A stretch of DNA of 64,000 bases, from assembly GCA_963843145.1 (NCBI GenBank), contig CAWJJC010000020.1:192001-256000 (forward strand), in the 5' to 3' direction. Origin of the DNA: an uncultured delta proteobacterium (GTDB taxonomy: Bacteria > Desulfobacterota > RBG-13-43-22). The position numbers were made by a program, and so were the translations under genes. Shown here in pieces: positions 20,718 to 30,796 of the stretch; the first letter of the stretch is position 1; each line of letters begins with the position of its first letter. A model generated the notes under the pieces. That model was not told the DNA's origin. It saw nothing but the letters and a program-made list of their open reading frames with translations, and did not search any database.

Positions 20718-21671
20718 TCAGAGGAGATCTTGAATCATCAAGGTAAGGCTGACCACCGCCAGCAAGGAGAACGGATAGTAGCTGGCCCGGTTAAAAAGGA
20801 CGGAGGCCTGAAGTTTCTCCTTGGTCCGGTATAGGCGGTAGGTCGGCAGGAGAAGGAGATAGAGCCCCGCACCTATCGAAACGGCCACTGCGGGAAGTTG
20901 GAAGGCTACCCGGGAAATGGAAAAGAGAACGACGTTCAGCCCGACAGCCAGCAGGAGCGAAAAAAGAATAATGGCCCAGGACCAGTCCGGCCCGAACCGG
21001 ACCGGGATCGTTTTGGCCTGGAGCATTTTGTCCGCTTCCACCTCGGTCCAGTCGGCCGGGATGTTCTGACCCCCGATTTCCCAGAAAAAAAGCCACAGAA
21101 AAAGGATGATCAGGAAGGACCAGGAAGGGCGGGGATCAACGGCGAACACCGCCGCCAGGCCCCCCGCGGTTTTCACCATCCCGCTCACCAGAGCGCGATA
21201 AGGACTGGTCCTCCAGAGGAGGCAATAGACCGTTTCCAGGGCACAGCCGCCCAAGAAGATGATCAGGCAGATCGGATTCAGCAGGTAAGCCCCGATCAAG
21301 GCCAGAAGGCCCCAGGCGATTGTCCAGAGCAGCGCCTCTCCGAAACCTAAAAGGCCGTGCGCCAAGGGATGGGGGACCAGGACGGAGTCCAGGTAATGGT
21401 CTATATCACGGAAACCAACCCGTTCTAATTTCTCCCGGTCCGCTCGATAATCTACCAGATCGTTCAGGGCATAAACCGCCGTGTAGCCGGCAAAGGCGGT
21501 TATGATACCCAGCAGGGCCACCCGCAGCGGGGGAACGGCGCCATACCCTAACAGGGCGGCCAGGGCGGGAGTAGCCATGTCCAGCAATCCGTGGGGGGTC
21601 CTGGAAAGGGCGAAAAAAAATTTTAATCGGGAAAGGCTCGACCTTGATTTTTTAAGCGGCGCAGCATTCAA
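20718..21671 (-). CDS. UbiA family prenyltransferase
   Basis: NDLVDYRAD first Asp-rich motif, DWTEVEAD..AKTIPVRFG second motif, multiple TM segments. Confidence 0.88.
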   Translation of the reverse strand: MNAAPLKKSRSSLSRLKFFFALSRTPHGLLDMATPALAALLGYGAVPPLRVALLGIITAFAGYTAVYALNDLVDYRADREKLERVGFRDIDHYLDSVLVPHPLAHGLLGFGEALLWTIAWGLLALIGAYLLNPICLIIFLGGCALETVYCLLWRTSPYRALVSGMVKTAGGLAAVFAVDPRPSWSFLIILFLWLFFWEIGGQNIPADWTEVEADKMLQAKTIPVRFGPDWSWAIILFSLLLAVGLNVVLFSISRVAFQLPAVAVSIGAGLYLLLLPTYRLYRTKEKLQASVLFNRASYYPFSLLAVVSLTLMIQDLL

Positions 21672-21960
21672 ACGGCGGTTCCCGGCACCCTCGCCATCCC
21701 GCTCGCCGCCTCGGCGGAGCTAGCCGCCAGCCCCGAGAGGGAGAGGATGTACAGATAGGGAAGAATTTATTTTATTGGGCATCGAAGAAGTCCCGCAGCG
21801 TATCAGCCATTTTTCAGGAACGTCCCCCGAAAGGGATTTAGTATAAAATAGAAAAGAGAAAGGGGGCAAGGATAAAATCGTTTTGGGCCTGTTGAGCGGA
21901 AGGGGCCCGGCAGGCGGTGCCCTGAACCAAGTCAGGGGTTGGGATTTCCCCCAAGAAACC

Positions 21961-22806
21961 TTAGCCGACCCAGGCCTGGAGTAGAATCCTGATCCCCACC
22001 AATCCCAAAGCTACGGCCAGGCTGCGCATGATCCAGGGTCCCTTAATTCGATTGGATAGGCGGGCCCCCAGTTGAGCGCCAAACAATACCCCCAGGGACA
22101 AAAAGATCGTCCGATGGACCCCATGGGAAAAAGTCCCGGTCAGGATATGCGTCATCGTCCCGGCTAAGGCCATATTGGCCAGGATGAAGTGCGAAGTGGC
22201 CGTAGCGATATGAACGGGGAAATGGAGCAAATACACCAAGACCGGAACATGAATGATGCCGCCACCGATGCCTAAGAGACTGGATAGATATCCTACCAAA
22301 AAGCTGACCGCCACTCCGATGCTGGGATTAAAAACATAGGTGTGTTCCGTGCCGTCGGCCTCCAGCAGGTGACGGGAAAGGCCGTGACGGGAAGGACCCG
22401 GGGTGTCCCCGCCCCTCTTTCGGTTCCCGGGTAACAGCAGGTACACCGAGGCCCCCAGGATCAAAAAGCCAAAAACGCTGTCAAAGAGCCATCGGGGCAT
22501 AAAGGCCGTGGTCAACGCTCCCAACACCGCTCCCGGAAGGGCCGCCAGGGAAAATAGCAGCCCTGACTTGTAATCCACCCGTTTCATGAGGGCATAGGCC
22601 TCGGTGCCGGAAAGGGCATTAAAAAAAACAACGGCCAAGGATATACTGGTCAGGATTTCCGGGCTTTCCCGCGGATAAAGAAGCAACAGGGCCGGCAAGA
22701 GGACAAACCCGCCCCCGGCTCCGATCAGCGTACCATATCCGCCGGTGATAAAACCAATAACCACCAGCAGCAGTATTGATTCCCAACTCATGAGCGAAAT
22801 ATCCAC
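21961..22806 (-). CDS. TSUP (TauE/SafE) family transporter
   Basis: Duplicated GAGGG / GIGGG motifs, ATATS, multiple TM segments. Confidence 0.9.
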   Translation of the reverse strand: MDISLMSWESILLLVVIGFITGGYGTLIGAGGGFVLLPALLLLYPRESPEILTSISLAVVFFNALSGTEAYALMKRVDYKSGLLFSLAALPGAVLGALTTAFMPRWLFDSVFGFLILGASVYLLLPGNRKRGGDTPGPSRHGLSRHLLEADGTEHTYVFNPSIGVAVSFLVGYLSSLLGIGGGIIHVPVLVYLLHFPVHIATATSHFILANMALAGTMTHILTGTFSHGVHRTIFLSLGVLFGAQLGARLSNRIKGPWIMRSLAVALGLVGIRILLQAWVG

Positions 22807-23072
22807 TGTCTTGATCGGAGGAAAGACCTCGTCGTCCTTAGCGTCATACTAGTGTCGGATAAGTTCCGTGTCCCGACCGCTCTTTTCGGTCCGGGTCGGC
22901 TTCGTTTCAATTTGGCGATTTCCTTCTTGACATACTCCAGCATGTGGCCGTGTAATTTTATGGAAACCTTACAAAAAGGGCAATCCAAGGGAGCACCCTC
23001 GGTCAGGCCCCGGATCGGGTAGTCGGTTACCCGGCCGCAGACCGGGCAGGAAAAGGGCAAAGTTTTTTCCAT
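22788..23072 (-). CDS. Small zinc-ribbon protein
   Basis: CPVCG and CPFC; AGGAGG RBS directly after the TolC-family gene. Confidence 0.65.
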   Translation of the reverse strand: MEKTLPFSCPVCGRVTDYPIRGLTEGAPLDCPFCKVSIKLHGHMLEYVKKEIAKLKRSRPGPKRAVGTRNLSDTSMTLRTTRSFLRSRQWIFRS

Positions 23073-23081
23073 AGGTTCCTC

Positions 23082-24410
23082 CTATCTCAACTCGTATTGG
23101 CCGGTGGCGCGCTTGAATTGGGCCAGGGCGAGCTGGTAATCCCATTCGGCTTCCACTCGGGTGGCCTGGGCCCGGGCCAGCGCGGTCTGGGCGTCCAGGA
23201 GTTCGGTGATTGTCCCGGCCCCGGCCTCGTAGCGCTCCCGGGACAATCGCTGGCTCTCCCGGGCATCCTGAACCAGGGTTTGGGTAGTCTCCAGGGTCTG
23301 GAACACTTCGGTCAGCCTGGAAAAGGCATTCCAGACTTCCTGCCGGACGGCCAACTTCAAACGTTCCGCCTCGGCCTCCTCCTTCGATAATTCCGCCTTG
23401 ACCCGGGCCAAGCGATGTTTCCGGGCAAAGCCGGTAAACAAAGTCCATTCGAGGGTGACCCCCACCGCCCAATCCTCGTCCTGAGGAAGAAAATCGCTAT
23501 CCCGCCACCCGTAGCTGCCCTCCGCCCTGAGCCTTGGACCGTAGGCGCTCCGGGCCGCCTGGATATTGCTTTGGGAGACTTCAATTTTTTTCAGGGCGGC
23601 CTTTATTTCCGGCCGGGATTGAGCAGCCTGGTCCAACGACAGGGACAGGTCGATCTGGTCCGGCCGGGTCGGGGGTTGCGCAGAGGACGTCACCTCCACC
23701 GGTTTTTCCGGCGGCCGTCCCATAGACAAGTTTAAATTACCCCGGGCCAGACGAACGAGATTTTCAGCCCGGACCACCGCCAACTGGGCATTGGAGACCT
23801 CCACCTGCGCCCGCAGCACGTCGGCCTTCGGTACCGCCCCGGCTTCTTTTCGCAGGTGGGTCAAGCGCAGGTGATCCCGACTACGCTCCAGATTTTGCTC
23901 GGCCACCCCCCGGGCTTCCAGGGCCGAGGTCAAGCCATAGAAGCCATAATAAACGCTTAAAATAATATCCTGGCGGACTCTGGCCTGCTCCTCCCGCGCC
24001 AAACCCTGCCGGGCTTTGGCCACTTGCAGTTGGGCCTGCCTCTCACCGAAATCATATAAGGTATAGCGGGCCCGTAGTCCGGCCAGCCAATCGTCTGTCG
24101 GCCCGACCACTTGGGTCGTCCCGGAGGGAATACGGACGAAATCGGGAAGAAAGGCGTGGGTCTGCCAGCGCCGATAGCCGGTTTGCAGCCCCACTTCCGG
24201 GTAATAGGGGGCCCCCGCCTCGCCCACCGCTTCCTTCGCCCCTTGCATCCCGGCCGCGGCCGCCCGCCCGGCCGGGTTGTCTTCCAGGGCGATCCGGAGG
24301 CATTCCGCCAGCGTCAAGGGCCGGTTGGCAGGTACGGAGTCAGCCGCCGCAACGGAATGAGCGATCAGCAGGAAAATAAATAGCCCCAACCCGCATCTGA
24401 TTTTTACCAT
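23082..24410 (-). CDS. TolC family outer-membrane efflux protein
   Basis: Signal peptide, LTLAECLRIALEDNP, RYEAGAGTITELLDAQ. Confidence 0.9.
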   Translation of the reverse strand: MVKIRCGLGLFIFLLIAHSVAAADSVPANRPLTLAECLRIALEDNPAGRAAAAGMQGAKEAVGEAGAPYYPEVGLQTGYRRWQTHAFLPDFVRIPSGTTQVVGPTDDWLAGLRARYTLYDFGERQAQLQVAKARQGLAREEQARVRQDIILSVYYGFYGLTSALEARGVAEQNLERSRDHLRLTHLRKEAGAVPKADVLRAQVEVSNAQLAVVRAENLVRLARGNLNLSMGRPPEKPVEVTSSAQPPTRPDQIDLSLSLDQAAQSRPEIKAALKKIEVSQSNIQAARSAYGPRLRAEGSYGWRDSDFLPQDEDWAVGVTLEWTLFTGFARKHRLARVKAELSKEEAEAERLKLAVRQEVWNAFSRLTEVFQTLETTQTLVQDARESQRLSRERYEAGAGTITELLDAQTALARAQATRVEAEWDYQLALAQFKRATGQYELR

Positions 24411-24473
24411 GAGATTTACTCCTTCAAAAATCAACCAAATCGACAATTTTTGTTTTAATCCTTTGGATTCGGA

Positions 24474-25604
24474 TCAGGCCAGGGTCTTTCGAAACCGCCT
24501 CGAGGCCAACCACAAAATCAGCAGGCCCATGACCGCCAGGGCCGCCATTTGCGGCCAAAGAATAGTCATCCCCACTCCCTTTAAAAAGATTCCCCGGATA
24601 ATGATCAAAAAATAGCGTAAGGGATTAAGATACGTGAGCCACTGGACGACTTCCGGCATATTGGCTATGGGAAAGACGAAACCGGAAAGCAGCACCGCCG
24701 GAAATTGAAAAAAGAAGGCGCTCATCATGGCCTGCTGCTGGGTCCGGCTGACCGTGGAGATGAAGAGGCCCATGCCCAGCGTAGTCATCAAGTAGAGGCA
24801 GGTGGCCAGCAGAAGCAGCCCCAGACTTCCTTGAATAGGCACTTGAAACCAAAAAACGCCGACCAGGGTAATCAGGATGACATCCACCAAACTGATCAGC
24901 GCAAAGGGCAGGGTTTTCCCCAGGATAAATTCTTTGGGGGTGATGGGGGTGACCATGATTTGTTCCATGGTCCCGATCTCTTTCTCCCGGACCACGGCCA
25001 TACTGGTCAAGAGAAGCGTAATCAGCATGACCAGCAGGGCGATAACGCCGGGGACGTAATAATTTCGGCTCTCCAGGTTTTCATTGAACCAGGCCCGGGT
25101 CTCCAGGTCCACCGGACTCAACGCCTGACCCGACCCGCGAAGCAGTGACAACCGTTGCACCAAAATATCCTGAGCATAACGGGAAACGATTTTGCCGCTG
25201 TAGTTCAGAACAATCGCGGCCGTGTTGGAATCCGTCCCATCCACAATCAATTGAATGAGGCCCTTCCGGCCGGCATTCAGGTTCTCCTCAAAGCCCTTAT
25301 TTAGACGGATCACGGCTTGAACCTTCCCGTGGTCCACCAAACTCCGGACCTGCTCCTCCCGGTTTATAATGGCTTCGATTTCAAAATATCCGGTGTGGAC
25401 GAAGCGGGAGACCACCTCCCGACTGGCCACGCTGTTGTCCAGATCATAGATGCCGGTGGCCACCTGCTTGACATCGGTGGTAACGGCATAACCAAAAATG
25501 ACCATCTGAAATATGGGCATGATGAAGACGATGCCCCGGGACCTGGGATCCCGGAAGATCTGGATGAATTCCTTGATCAGTATCTGTTTAAGCCGTTCCA
25601 ACAT
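24474..25604 (-). CDS. ABC-2 permease (YbhR-like)
   Basis: KEFIQIFRD, VREKEIGTMEQI, LSGFVFPI. Confidence 0.9.
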   Translation of the reverse strand: MLERLKQILIKEFIQIFRDPRSRGIVFIMPIFQMVIFGYAVTTDVKQVATGIYDLDNSVASREVVSRFVHTGYFEIEAIINREEQVRSLVDHGKVQAVIRLNKGFEENLNAGRKGLIQLIVDGTDSNTAAIVLNYSGKIVSRYAQDILVQRLSLLRGSGQALSPVDLETRAWFNENLESRNYYVPGVIALLVMLITLLLTSMAVVREKEIGTMEQIMVTPITPKEFILGKTLPFALISLVDVILITLVGVFWFQVPIQGSLGLLLLATCLYLMTTLGMGLFISTVSRTQQQAMMSAFFFQFPAVLLSGFVFPIANMPEVVQWLTYLNPLRYFLIIIRGIFLKGVGMTILWPQMAALAVMGLLILWLASRRFRKTLA

Positions 25605-25614
25605 AATAATCTGT

Positions 25615-26748
25615 TCAGGTCAACTTTTTCTTGAATTTCCTGTTCGCCAAAACAAACATGACCAGGCCAAAAACGGCCAAAAAGATCCCCTCCACATACA
25701 AAACCCTCGGACCGACCCCCTTCAAGTAAATCCCCTTGAGCAGGATGACGAAATACTTGGCCGGGACCAGGTAGGTGATCCATTGAAGTACCGGGGGCAT
25801 ACTGCGGATCGGGTAGGCAAACCCCGAGAGCAGAAAGGCCGGCAAAAAAGTGGTCACCATGGCCAACTGGCTGGCCAGAAGCTGGCTCTTGGTGACAATG
25901 CTGATCAACATGCCGAGAGACAGGGTTCCGATCAGAAAGATGGCGGCTTGGACAAAAATCAGGACCACACTGCCTCTCAAAGGCACATGGAAGAGGAACT
26001 CCCCCATCAGCACCGCCAGAAAAACATCACACATGCCGATGGTGAAGTAGGGGATCAGTTTCCCGATAATTAACTCCGAGGGCTTGACCGGGGTGGCGAT
26101 GAGCTGCTCCATGGTCCCCTGTTCCCATTCCCGGGCCACCGTGAGCGAGGTCAGCAAGGCCGCGATGACCATCATAATGACCGCGATCAGACCCGGAATG
26201 ATATAATTTCGGGATTCCAGGTCGGCGTTAAACCAGACCCGAGGCCGCAATTCAACCGGGGCGGCGAGAGGCCCTCCCCCCGACCTTCGAAACTCCTGCA
26301 ACAGCAGATCCTGGGAGAAGGCTGCGACGATCACCTCGGCATACCCGCCGGCGATGGTCGCGGTGTTCGAATCGCTGCCGTCCAGGATCATCTGGACCGT
26401 GGTCGTCTTTCCCGCAGCGATCCGGCCGGCGAAATCGGAAGGAATCACCAGGAAAACCAGGGCCCGGCGGGAATCAATGGACTTCTCCGCCTCCGTATAA
26501 TTATCTACATACCCCTGTAGCGAAAAATAACGGGACCCCAGAAAATGATCGATAAACTCCCGGCTGGCCTGAGAACGGTTTTGATCCCAGATGACCAGGG
26601 GAACGTTATCCACGTCCAAGGTCAGGGCATAACCGAAGAGCAGCAGCATGATCATGGGAATGGCGATCCCCATGCCCAGGCTCCGGGGGTCGCGAAAAAT
26701 ATGGATGAACTCCTTGCGGGCCATGGCCCGGATGCGGAGCAACCTCAT
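25615..26748 (-). CDS. ABC-2 permease (YbhS-like)
   Basis: KEFIHIFRD, AREWEQGTMEQL. Confidence 0.9.
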   Translation of the reverse strand: MRLLRIRAMARKEFIHIFRDPRSLGMGIAIPMIMLLLFGYALTLDVDNVPLVIWDQNRSQASREFIDHFLGSRYFSLQGYVDNYTEAEKSIDSRRALVFLVIPSDFAGRIAAGKTTTVQMILDGSDSNTATIAGGYAEVIVAAFSQDLLLQEFRRSGGGPLAAPVELRPRVWFNADLESRNYIIPGLIAVIMMVIAALLTSLTVAREWEQGTMEQLIATPVKPSELIIGKLIPYFTIGMCDVFLAVLMGEFLFHVPLRGSVVLIFVQAAIFLIGTLSLGMLISIVTKSQLLASQLAMVTTFLPAFLLSGFAYPIRSMPPVLQWITYLVPAKYFVILLKGIYLKGVGPRVLYVEGIFLAVFGLVMFVLANRKFKKKLT

Positions 26749-27719
26749 TTTCGAACCTCGGCTTGCGCCTCTTCCACTCTATCCCGGGCCTCGATCAAAG
26801 AAACGAAAACATCTTCCAGCGAAGGGACAATTTTTTCAATCGCGATGACTCGATGGCCATGATCGATGAGACGCCGGCGGATGATTTTTTGAAAGGTCTC
26901 GGCCTGTTCCACTACCGCGTGCAATCCTTTGCCGAAAAGGGCCACTTCTTTCACCCCGGGAATATTTTCGATGAGTTCCCTGGCTTCCTGGGGTCGATCG
27001 CAGACACACTCCAGGACGTCCTCCCGCATCCATTCCGTCTTGAGCGCTTCCGGTGTCCCCAAGGCGATCAGCTCCCCCCGGTAAATCAGACCGATACGGT
27101 CGCAGTACTCCGCTTCGTCCATGTAATGCGTGGTCACAAAAATCGTCACCCCTTTGCCGGAAAGCTCATAGATCAAATCCCAGAACCGGCGCCGGCTGAT
27201 GGGATCCACCCCGGAGGTGGGTTCATCCAAAAAAATGATCGGGGGTTCATGGAGGATGGCGCAGCCCAGGGCCAGGCGCTGCTTCCAGCCTCCGGCCAGC
27301 AGGGAGGTTCGGGTGGCGCGGCGTTCTCCCAGGCCGGCCATCTGGATCACCCATTCCTTACGTTCCTTTTTTTTCTCCTCGCCGATATTGTAGATGCCGC
27401 TATAAAAATTGATATTTTCCTCCACGGTCAGATCTTCGTAGAGGGAAAACTTCTGGCTCATATAGCCGATATGGGCCTTGATCTTTTCCGCCTCCTTCAC
27501 GATATCGAACCCGGCCACGGTCCCGGTTCCCCCGCTGGGAGCCAGGATGCCGCAGAGGATGCGGATGGTGGTTGATTTACCGGCTCCATTGGGCCCCAGA
27601 AAGCCGAAAATTTCTCCCTTTTCCACGTCAAAACTGACGCGGTTGACGGCCACAAAGTTGCCGAAGCGCCTTTCCAGTTCCTTGACCACCACGGCCTTTT
27701 CGCCTTCAGCGCTGGCCAT
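26745..27719 (-). CDS. ABC transporter ATP-binding protein
   Basis: GPNGAGKST, LAGGWKQR, LDEPTSGVDP. Confidence 0.92.
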   Translation of the reverse strand: MASAEGEKAVVVKELERRFGNFVAVNRVSFDVEKGEIFGFLGPNGAGKSTTIRILCGILAPSGGTGTVAGFDIVKEAEKIKAHIGYMSQKFSLYEDLTVEENINFYSGIYNIGEEKKKERKEWVIQMAGLGERRATRTSLLAGGWKQRLALGCAILHEPPIIFLDEPTSGVDPISRRRFWDLIYELSGKGVTIFVTTHYMDEAEYCDRIGLIYRGELIALGTPEALKTEWMREDVLECVCDRPQEARELIENIPGVKEVALFGKGLHAVVEQAETFQKIIRRRLIDHGHRVIAIEKIVPSLEDVFVSLIEARDRVEEAQAEVRK

Positions 27720-28647
27720 GGGATGACTCCTCTTTTCCCTCGGCCACCACGGAGATGAAGACATCCTCGAGAGACGGGTCAATGGGGCGGATCCCCAAAA
27801 CCTGCATCCCCGCCTCGACCACGATCTTTTGTGCCTTTTCGGAATCCCGGTCCGGTTCCCGGGTCAGCAGATGGACCCGATCTCCGAATAAACCGACCGT
27901 ATCGGAATCGTAGTGCTCCCTCAACAGGGCCGTGGTCCGCCGGGGATGACTGGATCGGATTTCCAAAATCGTCCCATTCATTAATTGCTTCACCTCTTCC
28001 GGAGAACCCAGGGCTACTAGACGGCCATTGTGCATCAGCCCTATCCGGTTGCACCGTTCGGCTTCATCCAGATAGGCGGTGGAAACAAAAATGGTCACTT
28101 TTTCTTTAAGCAACTGGTAGAGGATACGCCAAAAATCACGGCGGGAAACGGGATCCACCCCATTGGTCGGCTCATCCAGAAAGAGCACCTTGGGGGTGTG
28201 GATCAAGGTGCAAGCCAGCCCCAGCTTTTGCTTCATCCCGCCGGAGAGATTTCCGGCCAGCCGCTTTTTAAAGGGGGTTAGATTGCTGAATCCCAGGAGG
28301 CGGTTGACTATTTCTTCCCGGCCCTTTCGGGGCACGCCGTAAATATCGGCATAGAATTGAATATTTTCCATAACCGTCAGGTCGGGATAGAGGCCGAAGC
28401 GTTGGCTCATATAACCAATAGCCTCTTTAACAGCCTCCTCTTTAACAATAGGGTAGCCGGCCACCCAGGCCTCTCCCGAAGTGGGCTCTAAAATGGAGGT
28501 CAGGAGACGCATGGTGGTCGTCTTTCCAGCCCCATCCGGCCCCACCAGGCCGAAGATTTCCCCCTCGGATACCGAAAGCGTCAACCCGTCTACGGCGGTA
28601 AAGTCGTTAAAGGTCTTGGTCAGCTTTTCCGTTCGAATGGCATCCAT
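27706..28647 (-). CDS. ABC transporter ATP-binding protein
   Basis: GPDGAGKTT, LSGGMKQK, LDEPTNGVDP. Confidence 0.92.
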   Translation of the reverse strand: MDAIRTEKLTKTFNDFTAVDGLTLSVSEGEIFGLVGPDGAGKTTTMRLLTSILEPTSGEAWVAGYPIVKEEAVKEAIGYMSQRFGLYPDLTVMENIQFYADIYGVPRKGREEIVNRLLGFSNLTPFKKRLAGNLSGGMKQKLGLACTLIHTPKVLFLDEPTNGVDPVSRRDFWRILYQLLKEKVTIFVSTAYLDEAERCNRIGLMHNGRLVALGSPEEVKQLMNGTILEIRSSHPRRTTALLREHYDSDTVGLFGDRVHLLTREPDRDSEKAQKIVVEAGMQVLGIRPIDPSLEDVFISVVAEGKEESSHGQR

Positions 28648-28672
28648 TTAGAAATGTGCCCATAGTCAATCG

Positions 28673-29659
28673 TCATTGGCTCAATAGTATTTCCCCATCC
28701 GCCGGCATACCCGGCTTCAGTTCCATTTGGGGATTGGGAATCTCCACCTTGATCCGGTAGACCAGCTTCACCCGTTCCTTCTGGGTCTGGATGTTCTTCG
28801 GCGTGAACTCCGCCTGGGGGGCCAGGAAGGAGATGCGCCCCTCGTAGTGCTTTCCGGGGAAAGTATCCGTGGTCACCTGGACCTTTTGCCCGATCTTGAC
28901 CCGCCCCAGGTCGGTTTCATTGATGTAGGCCCGAAGAAAAACCTGACTGACCTCACCCACGGTAACCACCGGGGTTCCGGGAGAAACGTATTCACCCGGT
29001 TCGATGTTCTTGGAAAGGACCATCCCGGTGAGCGGTGAAACGGCCACGGTGTAATCCAGGCGCGTTTGCGCCTGGGCCAGGACCTGTTCCGCGGCGTGGA
29101 GAGACGCCCGGGCCTGGTCGATCTTTTCCTGTCGGGGGCCCTTTTTGACCAGGGTCAGGTACTCCCGGGATTCGCGAACCTTGGCCTCGGCACCCTCACG
29201 GGTGGTCCTGGCCAGGTCATACTCCCGGGTCGAGATCACCTCCCGCTGGTAGAGCCTTTTCTGTCGTTCGAATTCATCCTGAGCCCGCTCCCGATCGGCC
29301 TGGGCCCGCTCCAGAAGGGCCTGGGCCTGAGCGATTTCTTCGGTCCGGGAGCCGGCCTGCAATTCCGCCAAAGCGGCCCTGGCGGAACCCACCTGGGCTT
29401 GACGCAGCGCCTTTTCCTGGCTCAGCTCCAGGCGGTCCAGCCGGGCCACCACCTGTCCGGTCGTAACGCGTTCCCCTTCATCGACCAGTCGTTCCACCAC
29501 CTTACCCGGGATCTTGAAGCTTACCTCGGCTTCGGTAATTTCGATATTTCCGGATACCCGGATCCGGTCGGAATGAACCGGGGAACGGGTGCGAAAATAC
29601 AAAAAAACGGCGACTAAAGCCGCCAAAATTAAGATGACGAGAACTATTTTTTTCTTCAT
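28673..29659 (-). CDS. HlyD/YbhG-type membrane fusion protein
   Basis: N-terminal TM, SGNIE, coiled coil, AEFTPKNIQT..ER.KLVYRIK. Confidence 0.9.
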   Translation of the reverse strand: MKKKIVLVILILAALVAVFLYFRTRSPVHSDRIRVSGNIEITEAEVSFKIPGKVVERLVDEGERVTTGQVVARLDRLELSQEKALRQAQVGSARAALAELQAGSRTEEIAQAQALLERAQADRERAQDEFERQKRLYQREVISTREYDLARTTREGAEAKVRESREYLTLVKKGPRQEKIDQARASLHAAEQVLAQAQTRLDYTVAVSPLTGMVLSKNIEPGEYVSPGTPVVTVGEVSQVFLRAYINETDLGRVKIGQKVQVTTDTFPGKHYEGRISFLAPQAEFTPKNIQTQKERVKLVYRIKVEIPNPQMELKPGMPADGEILLSQ

Positions 29660-30327
29660 TTCCAACACCCCCGGTATTTACCTAGTTGTTTTTTAACAAC
29701 ATTATTTCCCTGGGAGGGGAGCGGCTGTTCCCCTTTAATGGCTTCCTGGAATATCGGCCAGATCCGGTGGATATGCCGGTCGACATCGTAGCGGCCGTCG
29801 CTCAAATACGATAATACGGCGGCGGGCTGAAACAGTCCCAGGAAGAGGACCGACACCATTTCCGGTTCAACATTTTTCCGGATCTGGCCGTTTTCTTGCC
29901 CCACCCGGACCATGGCCTCCACTCTGGAGAGAAAGGTTTTGACCAAACGATAAACCTTTTTTTTTCGGTCCGAACGGCCGGCATAAGCATCTTCGGAGAA
30001 GATGATCCGGGGGATGGCCTGGTTGTCCCTGATCATCTCCAGATGGCGCACCAACAGCAGTCTAAGCCGCTCCAACGGATCCTCGGTTTCTTTACAGACG
30101 GCGTCCACATTGTCCAGAAGTCGGCGGCGGATGATTTTCAGGGCCGCGTCCACCATCTCCTCTTTGCCCTTGAAGTGCCGGTAGAGCGCGGAGGGCACCA
30201 GGCCGATCTGGCGGGCCACGGCGGCGACACTCAACCCCTTGAGCCCTTGATCGGCCACCAGGCGCACTATGGCCTGGGCAATTTGGTCCTTCCGGATTTG
30301 GGTTTTGACTTTTTCGGCGCCCATCAT
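29656..30327 (-). CDS. TetR/AcrR family regulator
   Basis: HTH VAAVARQIGLVPSALYRHFKGKEE; first gene of the efflux operon. Confidence 0.9.
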   Translation of the reverse strand: MMGAEKVKTQIRKDQIAQAIVRLVADQGLKGLSVAAVARQIGLVPSALYRHFKGKEEMVDAALKIIRRRLLDNVDAVCKETEDPLERLRLLLVRHLEMIRDNQAIPRIIFSEDAYAGRSDRKKKVYRLVKTFLSRVEAMVRVGQENGQIRKNVEPEMVSVLFLGLFQPAAVLSYLSDGRYDVDRHIHRIWPIFQEAIKGEQPLPSQGNNVVKKQLGKYRGCWK

Positions 30328-30335
30328 GGACCTTA

Positions 30336-30385
30336 ATGTGAATTAATATTCACATATAATATAGGAGGCCAAATTTTACTGTCAA
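30336..30385 (-). promoter_or_regulatory. Sigma70 promoter and putative TetR operator
   Basis: TTGACA (30380-30385), 18 nt, TATTAT (30356-30361); perfect inverted repeat ATGTGAAT-N4-ATTCACAT at 30336-30355 just before the TetR start. Confidence 0.7.
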
Positions 30386-30796
30386 GAAAAACTTTTGATG
30401 CCCCTGGGATCAATCCCTGATGGGTAGATTATGACTCCTCTGGGAAGTGTTACCGGAAAGGAGATTCGGTCGGGAGAACGGTGATTCCAGTAGGGATTCA
30501 AAAAGAACGGGTATTGGGACGGCTTTTGGATAGGAACAACAAGGATGATTTTTGAATCAGGAGATGAAAAAATTAGCCAGGATCGGTTGGAACATCCCGG
30601 TTTGAAAATAGTGCCCATAAGGGATGCACTTGGACAGCAGCAGGAAGGAGATATCCGCGCCCAAATCCTTTTCCCCTTCCAAGGTGTCGAAATTGCCGCC
30701 GCCCTTAGGATCTGGTTGGCTTCTTCCTGAAATCCTCAGCTTGCCATTCTTGAAAAAAGTCCAAGGTTCAAAGGGATAGTTAGGTTAAAGGAAAAT

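Noticed and set aside
21671-21782. In-frame TAG (21720-21722) between an upstream ATG and the UbiA gene, possible pyrrolysine readthrough
   Set aside because: The extension is not protein-like and no pyl context is visible.
30382-30730. Short ORFs between TetR and the SGNH gene
   Set aside because: No motifs or RBS; possibly decayed sequence at the island edge.
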